The notes under the pieces: generated by a model | Told to the model about the DNA's origin: nothing | Seen by the model: only the letters and a program-made list of their open reading frames with translations | The model's database searches: none | Source of the DNA: Nitrosopumilus sp. | GTDB lineage: Archaea; Thermoproteota; Nitrososphaeria; Nitrososphaerales; Nitrosopumilaceae | Assembly: GCA_965206745.1 (NCBI GenBank) | Contig: OZ242220.1 | Location: 544,001 to 608,000 of the forward strand | DNA: 64,000 bases | Reading direction: 5' to 3' | In this document: one piece after another, positions 47,637 to 55,123 of the stretch | How the letters are laid out: every line of letters begins with the position of its first letter | Numbering within the stretch: the stretch's first letter is position 1 | Translations under genes and position numbers: made by a program

Positions 47637-48065
47637 ATGGAAGAGCCAAATTTTATCTGGATATACCTCATAATCTTCTTGGCAATCCCGATGGCCAGAA
47701 TAATTCCACGTATTTTGGCAAAAAGAGGAATTGGCAAGAGCTTTTCTGTACAACCGCCTGCCTCATCTAAACCGCAGCAGCCTGCCTCGCCTGAATCATC
47801 CTTTGATGAATACCGACAAAAGCCACAGATGAGGTCCTCAAAACCTCAATCAAAAAATGATCTTGTTTTGGGAGTACTAAACCGAGGTTCGAAATCCTTT
47901 GAAAGTATTCAAAAGAACACTGGATTGGACAATCAAGAACTTGATACTATTTTAGATGATCTGGAAAAAAATGGATTGCTCAAAGTGGTTCAAAAACAAG
48001 GCATGCTTGGTCCAAAGACTGAGCTATACCCTACAGATAAGGGATTCAAAGAATACTATTCTTAG
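47637..48065 (+). CDS. Membrane-anchored winged-helix protein
   Basis: N-terminal transmembrane helix, Pro/Gln linker, IQKNTGLDNQEL...LEKNGLL...PTDKG. Confidence 0.75.
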   Translation: MEEPNFIWIYLIIFLAIPMARIIPRILAKRGIGKSFSVQPPASSKPQQPASPESSFDEYRQKPQMRSSKPQSKNDLVLGVLNRGSKSFESIQKNTGLDNQELDTILDDLEKNGLLKVVQKQGMLGPKTELYPTDKGFKEYYS

Positions 48066-48189
48066 ACTCTTTTGCAGTTCTGATGACTTGCAGTGCATGA
48101 TGAATGTTTCAAAGACTGGATGATTGAAATTAAAAAATTGAGGATCTTGTAGATGATAACTGCCACAGATGAACTAAACCTGTCCTTCA

Positions 48190-48351
48190 CTAGTCTGAGT
48201 GAACGTGGGTCGTATCTCCGGTTGCTTTATCGTAATCGTGATTGTGAGATCCATCTGAGTGTCCCTTACCTCGAAGAACAAAACAGACAATCGCCAATGC
48301 TATCGCAACCCCTGCTGCTGCACCGAATGCCGCAATACTTGCTTCTGCCAT
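48190..48351 (-). CDS. 53-aa single-transmembrane microprotein with His-rich tail, missing from ORF track
   Basis: MAEASIAAFGAAAGVAIALAIVCFVLRGKGHSDGSHNHDYDKATGDTTHVHSD; TATA-like sequence just upstream. Confidence 0.72.
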   Translation of the reverse strand: MAEASIAAFGAAAGVAIALAIVCFVLRGKGHSDGSHNHDYDKATGDTTHVHSD

Positions 48352-48513
48352 GTTATTCTGACTTTTATAAATTATATATGCTTATCTGAATCCCTATCTC
48401 CAGCTGACTCAAAACTATGACAGACAAGTTTCAATCCGGCATTTGAGCATCAAGTGTAATTTCTCATAACGCTGATTCATTTTGCAGATTTCATCTGAAT
48501 CAATTTTCAAAAG

Positions 48514-48546
48514 ATTGGGGTCAAAAGTGGAAAACTGGATTAATAT
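48514..48546 (+). promoter_or_regulatory. Direct-repeat element plus TATA-like box
   Basis: ATTGGG-N5-AAGTGG-N8-ATTAATAT, about 29 bp before ATG 48568. Confidence 0.45.
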
Positions 48547-48567
48547 CCAAGACCATTTCATCATTTA

Positions 48568-50223
48568 ATGACAAACAAAACAATTTCAGTCCTATTTATT
48601 GTGGCTGTTCTAATGACATCTGCTACGGTAGCATCTGTAGATCTGATTCCGAATGCTGAGGCATTAAAGAGTGATGGAAATCGCCTAACTCAGTACGGAT
48701 CCTCAAACTCTGTCGTATGTGGCGATAGGCTATGCTCGGAAATAGAGTCAGAACCCAGTACTACCAGTCCAAAAAAGCAACCACATCTTACTGACATCAA
48801 TCTGCCACTTGATATTCCTCTGACAAGAGGATATGTGGACGGTCATGAGATCTTTTACATCTCCACTGAAGCATCAGTAGAGGATGTTGCAAATCATTTA
48901 ACTGATCTAACCGGATTTAGAGTAGTTTATACTCCTGCATTAGAAGCTGCACCAGACGAGGCAGTTGCACAAATCTATGCATTTACTAATGGCATATCAG
49001 GCGACGGTGTCTTTGGCTTTCAGCCACAGGTTGCCGACTCACAGCCAGGGGATGACAAATACAGTCCGCTATGGAATGTGAATGCTGTGACATGGAATGA
49101 AGGTTCAGAACCAACAGAGTTAAAGTCTGAGATGGATATTCTCAAAGCTCAAAGCAGTGGCAAACTCACTGTTGAGGATGCTGGAGTAATCGTAAACTGC
49201 CCATTTGTCAAATGGAATGGCGGCCAACTCCCACTTAGAGACAACCCTCACGTTACTGACGCTGATCCATATGGTGGAGGACAAGTACTTGACATTGATC
49301 TTCAAAACATGAAAGTGACATTTGTCGCACACAGAGGCTTTGCACCAAACGGTGATACCATCTATTACATCGCAACTGATGCATCATCAAAGGATACTGC
49401 AAACGCATTGGGTGTGATTTATGTGCCACGAATTCAAGAGACAATCTCGACTCCGTCTTCTTCAGACCTGTATGTATTTACAAATGGTCTGGAAGGTAAT
49501 GGTCCGCTAGGATTCCAAGCAAGCATTGGCTCAACGACTGTTGGCGACATGTTCTATAGTCCACTCTGGAGAATTCAAACTGCAACATGGGATGATCCTC
49601 ACAGTGCAGACTTTGTAAAGACTGCAGGTGAAATATCTGAGGCGGCATCTCAAGGCAAGCTTGAAACTGGTCTGGCCGGATTTGTGGTAAACTGTCCTTT
49701 TGTTGAAGTGGATTCCAGTATGGATAAAATGATGATGAAGGATGGACACATGAAGAAGGATAAACACATGAAGAAAGACGGACACATGAAAGATGAACAC
49801 AAAGACAAAATGAAGAAAGACGGACACATGAAGGATAAACACATGAAGAAAGACAAAATGATGATCAAAGATTCTATCAAAGGTGATTTGACAGCACCTT
49901 CCGGTGATGCCCCATTTGGTGGCAAACCTGTTGGAACTTTTTCAATCTCTGTAGATGAAAGTGATCATGTCTCTGTATCTACTTACATCCAAAGTACTTC
50001 ACCAGGAATGGTTCAAGAAGGATGGCTTGTCGATATGGATTCTGGCTACACGCTAAGTCTGGGCAAGGCTTATGATGATGGAAACCTTTTGTTCTTTCAA
50101 CACTTGGTAAATCCTTGGATTTACGATGCAGTTGTGGTTACTGAAGAACCCATTGGAGATTCAAACCCTGCACCTAACGTGCCAGTTGGTGGAGCATTAC
50201 TAAAAGCTCCATTTGGACTCTAG
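48568..50223 (+). CDS. Secreted protein with two internal repeat domains and a Met/His/Lys-rich segment
   Basis: Signal peptide; duplicated YI.TEAS...Y.FTNG..G.G..GFQ...YSPLW...VNCPFV domain; MKKDGHMKD repeats. Confidence 0.88.
   Translation: MTNKTISVLFIVAVLMTSATVASVDLIPNAEALKSDGNRLTQYGSSNSVVCGDRLCSEIESEPSTTSPKKQPHLTDINLPLDIPLTRGYVDGHEIFYISTEASVEDVANHLTDLTGFRVVYTPALEAAPDEAVAQIYAFTNGISGDGVFGFQPQVADSQPGDDKYSPLWNVNAVTWNEGSEPTELKSEMDILKAQSSGKLTVEDAGVIVNCPFVKWNGGQLPLRDNPHVTDADPYGGGQVLDIDLQNMKVTFVAHRGFAPNGDTIYYIATDASSKDTANALGVIYVPRIQETISTPSSSDLYVFTNGLEGNGPLGFQASIGSTTVGDMFYSPLWRIQTATWDDPHSADFVKTAGEISEAASQGKLETGLAGFVVNCPFVEVDSSMDKMMMKDGHMKKDKHMKKDGHMKDEHKDKMKKDGHMKDKHMKKDKMMIKDSIKGDLTAPSGDAPFGGKPVGTFSISVDESDHVSVSTYIQSTSPGMVQEGWLVDMDSGYTLSLGKAYDDGNLLFFQHLVNPWIYDAVVVTEEPIGDSNPAPNVPVGGALLKAPFGL
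49720..49866 (+). repeat. Repeats encoding (MKKDGH/MKKDKH)n
   Basis: ACACATGAAG units repeated. Confidence 0.88.
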
Positions 50224-50227
50224 TCCA

Positions 50228-50245
50228 TTTTTTTCTATTTTTTTT
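50228..50245 (+). terminator. Oligo-T terminator
   Basis: Two long T runs directly after the stop codon. Confidence 0.6.
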
Positions 50246-50280
50246 AAATTCCTACTCGATGGCTTTTGCCGATTTATTTT

Positions 50281-50313
50281 ATTGGGGCCTGATCTGGCAT
50301 TTTAGTTAATATA
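50281..50313 (+). promoter_or_regulatory. Direct-repeat element plus TATA-like box
   Basis: ATTGGG-N5-ATCTGG-N8-TTAATATA before the start at 50330/50333. Confidence 0.5.
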
Positions 50314-50329
50314 TAGAAATCCCTTAATT

Positions 50330-52177
50330 TTGATGAGTATTATGAAATCCATGATCGTAGATTTTTCAATCAAAAGAGAGGTTTTTTTCATTATGTTAGG
50401 TTCCGTCTTGGGGGCATTTGTAATGTTTATTCCAAACTTTCTCTCAGACGCATTGACAAACTCTGAATTTTACATGTTTTGGATTATCGCTGCAAGAACC
50501 TTGGGTTCCAGTGATTATCTGGTAGGTATTTTTGTGCATTTTGGCGTGGCTACAATTATTGGTATAGTTGTAGGAGTCGTTCTTTACAAAACAAAGATGC
50601 TAAACATTTCAAAAATATCCAACGGGCTGTTGTTTGGAATTCTAGCTGGTGCTATAGTCACAATTGTTTTTACCATTCCCGTCCAGTATTTCTGGATTCA
50701 ACCGGTGATGGCTGACCTGAGCAACACCCCGACGCTAAATCTTATCTTCTCTGAGGAATTCCTGCTAAAATCATTTTTGACTCACTTTTTGTGGGGTGGA
50801 ACCCTTGGAGTCTTGGCATCTGTGTTAACTACAAAAAAGGGAATGAGGTACAGATGTCATAAATGTGATATCGAGTTCTCAAAACTCTCGACCTATGAGG
50901 AGCATTACTCACACATTCATGTCTCTGGCCATCCTGACACCCGAAAAATTGTAATCCTGGGTGGTGGATATGCAGGAGTCGGGGTGCTGGAACGAATCCA
51001 AAAAAGATTTGAAAAGGATGTTGATGTTGGTATTTCTATAATTTCAGAAAACAATTACTTTCTTCATACCCCGATGCTGCCAGAACTTTCGACTGGAACC
51101 ATCGAGCCTAGGCATATTGCCACCCCGATTCGTAATTTTTGCAAAAGGGCCAGGTTCTACCAAGCCAAGATCACAAATGTTGATCTGGAAAAAAAATTCA
51201 TCTCATTTGACACTACAAACGGGGCAAACCAGATCCCTTATGACTATCTGGTCATTGCAGCTGGAACAAAGACTGGATTCTTTGGCAATGAAAATTTGGA
51301 AAAATACTCAATCACGATAAAATCCCTACAGGATGCAAGCATAATTCGAAACCAGATCATCACACAACTAGAGTTAGCTGATCAGCAGGAAACCGCAAAT
51401 CAGGCACAATTCCTGTCATTTGTTATAGTTGGAGGTGGCTTTTCAGGAGTCGAGACTGCAGGGGAGATCAACGAGTTCATTAGGGAATCTGCAGAGAAAT
51501 ACTATCGAAATATCGAGTCTGATTCAATCCAGGTGTATCTGATTGCCGCCCGAGATCACATTCTGCCTGAAATTGGCTCCCTTGGAAAATATGCTGCAAA
51601 ATCACTGGAAAAGTCCGGTGTAAAGATACTTTACAATACCAAGGTTACTGATGCAAATCCGTCCGATGTTTCCCTGAGCGATGACTCTTCATTGCATTAT
51701 TCTGTGTTGATCTGGGCTGGTGGAAACCAATCCCAAAGTTTTGTCAAGTCCCTTGACACAGAGCATGATAAATCTGGCAGAATCCTAGTTGACCAGTATC
51801 TCAGACTGCCAAAGCATCCTGATGTGTTTGCCTTGGGTGACTGTGCATTTATCTTGGATCCTGCTGGCAAGCCGTATCCTCCGACTGCCCAGCACGCGAT
51901 AAGGGAGGCAAAAACTGTCTCCAAAAATCTGATATCGACTGTTCGTAACCGTCGGCAATTTTCCATCTTTGACTATTCCTCAAAAGGCTCCATGGCAAAG
52001 ATTGGCAAGCGTGATGGCGTTGCAAAAATGCTGGGAATTAACATGACTGGATTTGCAGCCTGGTTTGTATGGAAGCAGTACTATCTGTCGACACTTCCTG
52101 TCATGGAAAAACGTATCAGGGTGGGATTGGACTGGTTTGTGGATCTCTTCTTTACCCGGGATATAACAAAATTATAA
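50330..52177 (+). CDS. NDH-2-like FAD-dependent oxidoreductase fused to an N-terminal membrane domain and C2H2 finger
   Basis: About 4 transmembrane helices; YRCHKCDIEF...EEHYSHIH; GGGYAG, GGGFSGVE, VFALGD, PPTAQHA. Confidence 0.9.
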   Translation: MMSIMKSMIVDFSIKREVFFIMLGSVLGAFVMFIPNFLSDALTNSEFYMFWIIAARTLGSSDYLVGIFVHFGVATIIGIVVGVVLYKTKMLNISKISNGLLFGILAGAIVTIVFTIPVQYFWIQPVMADLSNTPTLNLIFSEEFLLKSFLTHFLWGGTLGVLASVLTTKKGMRYRCHKCDIEFSKLSTYEEHYSHIHVSGHPDTRKIVILGGGYAGVGVLERIQKRFEKDVDVGISIISENNYFLHTPMLPELSTGTIEPRHIATPIRNFCKRARFYQAKITNVDLEKKFISFDTTNGANQIPYDYLVIAAGTKTGFFGNENLEKYSITIKSLQDASIIRNQIITQLELADQQETANQAQFLSFVIVGGGFSGVETAGEINEFIRESAEKYYRNIESDSIQVYLIAARDHILPEIGSLGKYAAKSLEKSGVKILYNTKVTDANPSDVSLSDDSSLHYSVLIWAGGNQSQSFVKSLDTEHDKSGRILVDQYLRLPKHPDVFALGDCAFILDPAGKPYPPTAQHAIREAKTVSKNLISTVRNRRQFSIFDYSSKGSMAKIGKRDGVAKMLGINMTGFAAWFVWKQYYLSTLPVMEKRIRVGLDWFVDLFFTRDITKL

Positions 52178-52359
52178 GATCCATTCCAGTCTCTGGCAGG
52201 GATTGTCTCAAATGGAAGAAGGTTTGAATTGGAACAAGATCCATATTTCAGGTCGCCCTTAGATTACACAGAATCGATAACACTGCCATTTAAGAAGATT
52301 CCAAGTTATGACACTGCATAGTTTGATGATCCCTTGGGGATTTTAGGCTAAATTGTGTG

Positions 52360-52474
52360 TGCCGGGGGCGGGTTTCGAACTCGCGACCTCCAGATTATGA
52401 GTATTGCCTTAGTTGGAGAACCGTTAGAGTTTACCAATTCAACTGGCACTCTAACCAGGCTGAGCTACCCCGGC
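52360..52474 (-). tRNA. tRNA-Met(CAT), probably elongator, with a 40-nt intron at position 30/31 (52403-52442)
   Basis: GCCGGGG/CCCCGGC acceptor stem; CCAG^A-CT-CAT-AA-TCTGG after splicing; BHB motif GAG-TGCC-[AGT] / GGCA-[ATA]-CTC. Confidence 0.93.
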
Positions 52475-52511
52475 ATGATATACTGCCACAAATCTGGGAA
52501 ATTAAATGATT

Positions 52512-54179
52512 CTAATCTTGCTTTATGTCCTTCCAGAGGACCTTTTCATTTTTGACCCAAAGGAATTTTTTTTGCAATGCAGATGTGTATAGTTTCTCCC
52601 ACTCTACGCCGACCTCGTCAGTCCATGCCTTAAACACCCGCGGATCAATGTAATTTCTCAGGGACGTTCCAATGTTGTAGTCCTTGGTGTTTTCAGATAA
52701 TTTAAGCTGCAGTCGCAGCTTCTCCAGCTTCTCTTTGTGTCTTAATTTTTGATTTTCCATTCTTTGATTCAGCGTCCTGATCTTCTTTGTTTTATTCTTC
52801 TTTTGAGCCTCTGTCTTGGGCTCGCTTGCCTTTGCCTTTTTGAGGGCCTCCTGTGTCTTTTTCCAGGGCAGGTCCTTCTCAGCTTTACTCAAGGCGTCCC
52901 TCTTTTTTTGCAGTGACTGCTCAAACGTCTTGGGAATGGTTCTCTTGTGGTTGCACATCATGGCAGCCTCCAGGTTTGCCAATTTTGCATGGTGCAGTTT
53001 TGCAGCAGGCGTCTCTTCTTCCATGTTGTCATGTTCTACAAGATATTTTCTGACCTTCTCTGTTGCAAGGTATGTCCTGAACACCTTGGCTGTCAGTCCC
53101 TTTACTATGCTAGAATAATACACATTGACGTGTCTTGATGTGATGTTATCGAAGATCTCGTCTTTTGGTTTCTTTTTTTCTATCAGTCTTTTGAGATTTT
53201 TATGAAACTGCTCGTCGTGACCTTGAGCAACTACGGTCTCCTGCCATCTGACGCTGTCCTTGCCTAGAAAGTCAAACTCGATAGATTTGGCAGTAATCTT
53301 GATGTGCTCCTTTCTTAGGGTTGTAGCACCTACCGTGTCTGCCTCATCTGGATCCTTTTCGTCCCCTACCCTCATTGCAGTTCTGTAAATCAGATAGCAT
53401 GCAGTTGCAATCCTGCTGATCTTTGGATCATTGTCTTTCATGTCCTTGACAATCCTGTCTTTTATCTTGCCAATCTCCTTTGCAAGATTTACTGCCTTTT
53501 CGTATTTCTCCTTGTCTCTGTCCTGTTTTAGTCCTGCAGTATCAGCCAACCAGACGTATTTTCTTTTCTGCGTCAGAAAATCCACCCAGCTTGCCAGCCA
53601 CATCGAATCGTGTTCATGGGTAATCTTCCCCCAGTCACCTTCTGGTACCTTGGCTTTCTCCCCAAGGTTTAGTGTGACGTCCTTTGTAGTTACCGGTGGC
53701 TTCCACTTGCCTCTGAGTGGATGTTCCCCACGTCCGATGAATATGCCTGGGGGTTCGGCCATGTAGTTTCCAACCTCTACATTTTTTCCGTCAATAATGG
53801 CAACCCCGAATTTTTTTTTTAGCCCTTCTCGTGTCTCCTTTCTTTCCTTGGCAAGTGCCTTTCTCTCCTCCTTGGTCATTATCAGCTTGCGATCCTTTTC
53901 CTGGTCGACTATTTTGTAGGCATTTGAAAAATCAATATCCTCATATGATATCCTTTTAAATTCTGAATCCAGAGTTTTTGCAAAATCCGCTGTAAAATTC
54001 TTCTGAAAGACCTTGTCCTGTGCGTATGGTGTATCCTTCTTTTTGGCCCATTGGTATGCCATCTCTTCTTGTGCCAGATCAAGGGATACGTCCTCTCCTT
54101 TGATCCTTATCTTGATATCCCTGCCCTGATATGGCTTGGGAAACAAGATTCCATTGTGTTGTAGAGTTTTCCATTTCAT
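52512..54179 (-). CDS. DNA topoisomerase IB (eukaryote-like)
   Basis: KWKTLQHNG, EPPGIFIGRGEHP, MRVGDEK, FDFLGKDS, AKVFRTY, CNHKR, GTSLRNYIDPR. Confidence 0.96.
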   Translation of the reverse strand: MKWKTLQHNGILFPKPYQGRDIKIRIKGEDVSLDLAQEEMAYQWAKKKDTPYAQDKVFQKNFTADFAKTLDSEFKRISYEDIDFSNAYKIVDQEKDRKLIMTKEERKALAKERKETREGLKKKFGVAIIDGKNVEVGNYMAEPPGIFIGRGEHPLRGKWKPPVTTKDVTLNLGEKAKVPEGDWGKITHEHDSMWLASWVDFLTQKRKYVWLADTAGLKQDRDKEKYEKAVNLAKEIGKIKDRIVKDMKDNDPKISRIATACYLIYRTAMRVGDEKDPDEADTVGATTLRKEHIKITAKSIEFDFLGKDSVRWQETVVAQGHDEQFHKNLKRLIEKKKPKDEIFDNITSRHVNVYYSSIVKGLTAKVFRTYLATEKVRKYLVEHDNMEEETPAAKLHHAKLANLEAAMMCNHKRTIPKTFEQSLQKKRDALSKAEKDLPWKKTQEALKKAKASEPKTEAQKKNKTKKIRTLNQRMENQKLRHKEKLEKLRLQLKLSENTKDYNIGTSLRNYIDPRVFKAWTDEVGVEWEKLYTSALQKKFLWVKNEKVLWKDIKQD

Positions 54180-54252
54180 TTTATTTCAAAATTGTAGACT
54201 TTGATAAAATATCATTCTGTCTGTATATCAATTTAACGTAATGCCGCCCCAT

Positions 54253-55080
54253 CTAGGGAAACAACTCTTTACTCATGTATCTTTCAAATTCCATGTCCGT
54301 TTTCATCTTTTTTGCCTCCATGAACATGGCAGCATCTGTGCCTACGATATACCTTGGTAGCATCTGATCATCATGAATTGCCTTGATGACAGTATCTGCA
54401 ACCTGGGACGGCGCTGTCCCCATCTCGACCATCATCTTTAGGCCCGCCAAGATATGGTCAGTCATTGTCTTGTATTTTGGGTCCGTCTTTGATTCTGGAA
54501 CTTTCATGGATTCAAAAAAGTTGGTTTTGACAACCCCTGGCTCAATCATTGTGGTTTTAATTCCAAACTGGCCAAGCTCATACCTCAGACACTCGCCTAG
54601 TCCCTCTAGTGCAAACTTTGAACTGATATATGCCGGGGAGCCTGGCAATCCCATTCGCCCTCCAACTGAGCTGATATTGATGATGTTTCCCGAACTCTGC
54701 CCCCTCATTATTGGGGCGACCTCTTGGATGATTCTTACAATGCTGAAAAAATTCGTCTCAAACTGTCTTCTAAAATCATCTACTGTCAGGTCCTCTGTAC
54801 ATCCGAACTGTCCGTATCCTGCATTGTTTACTAGTACGTCCAACCTTTGGCCACTTGCAACGACCTTTTTGACTGCTGATACGATTGATTCCTCCTTGTC
54901 AACGTCCAGCTCGATTACCTCTATTGGAAGGCTCTCTTTCTTTGCGGCATGCTCTAGTTCTTTTGCCTTTTCGAGATTCCTCATGCTGGCAAACGTGCGG
55001 TATCCGTCCCTTGCCAATGACAAGGCAGTCTCCAGCCCTATCCCGGACGAGCTGCCAGTAACTAGGGCTACTTTTTCCAT
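54253..55080 (-). CDS. Short-chain dehydrogenase/reductase
   Basis: TGSSSGIG, NNAG, YISSK. Confidence 0.93.
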   Translation of the reverse strand: MEKVALVTGSSSGIGLETALSLARDGYRTFASMRNLEKAKELEHAAKKESLPIEVIELDVDKEESIVSAVKKVVASGQRLDVLVNNAGYGQFGCTEDLTVDDFRRQFETNFFSIVRIIQEVAPIMRGQSSGNIINISSVGGRMGLPGSPAYISSKFALEGLGECLRYELGQFGIKTTMIEPGVVKTNFFESMKVPESKTDPKYKTMTDHILAGLKMMVEMGTAPSQVADTVIKAIHDDQMLPRYIVGTDAAMFMEAKKMKTDMEFERYMSKELFP

Positions 55081-55123
55081 ACTGAATCCTTGATTCTTGT
55101 TATATTTATCCCATTTTGATTAC

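Noticed and set aside
48097-48141. Possible box C/D sRNA
   Set aside because: Only the C box is canonical; D boxes are degenerate and the second guide is A-rich
54383-55093. 236-aa antisense ORF
   Set aside because: Antisense ORFs opposite SDR genes are a common artefact
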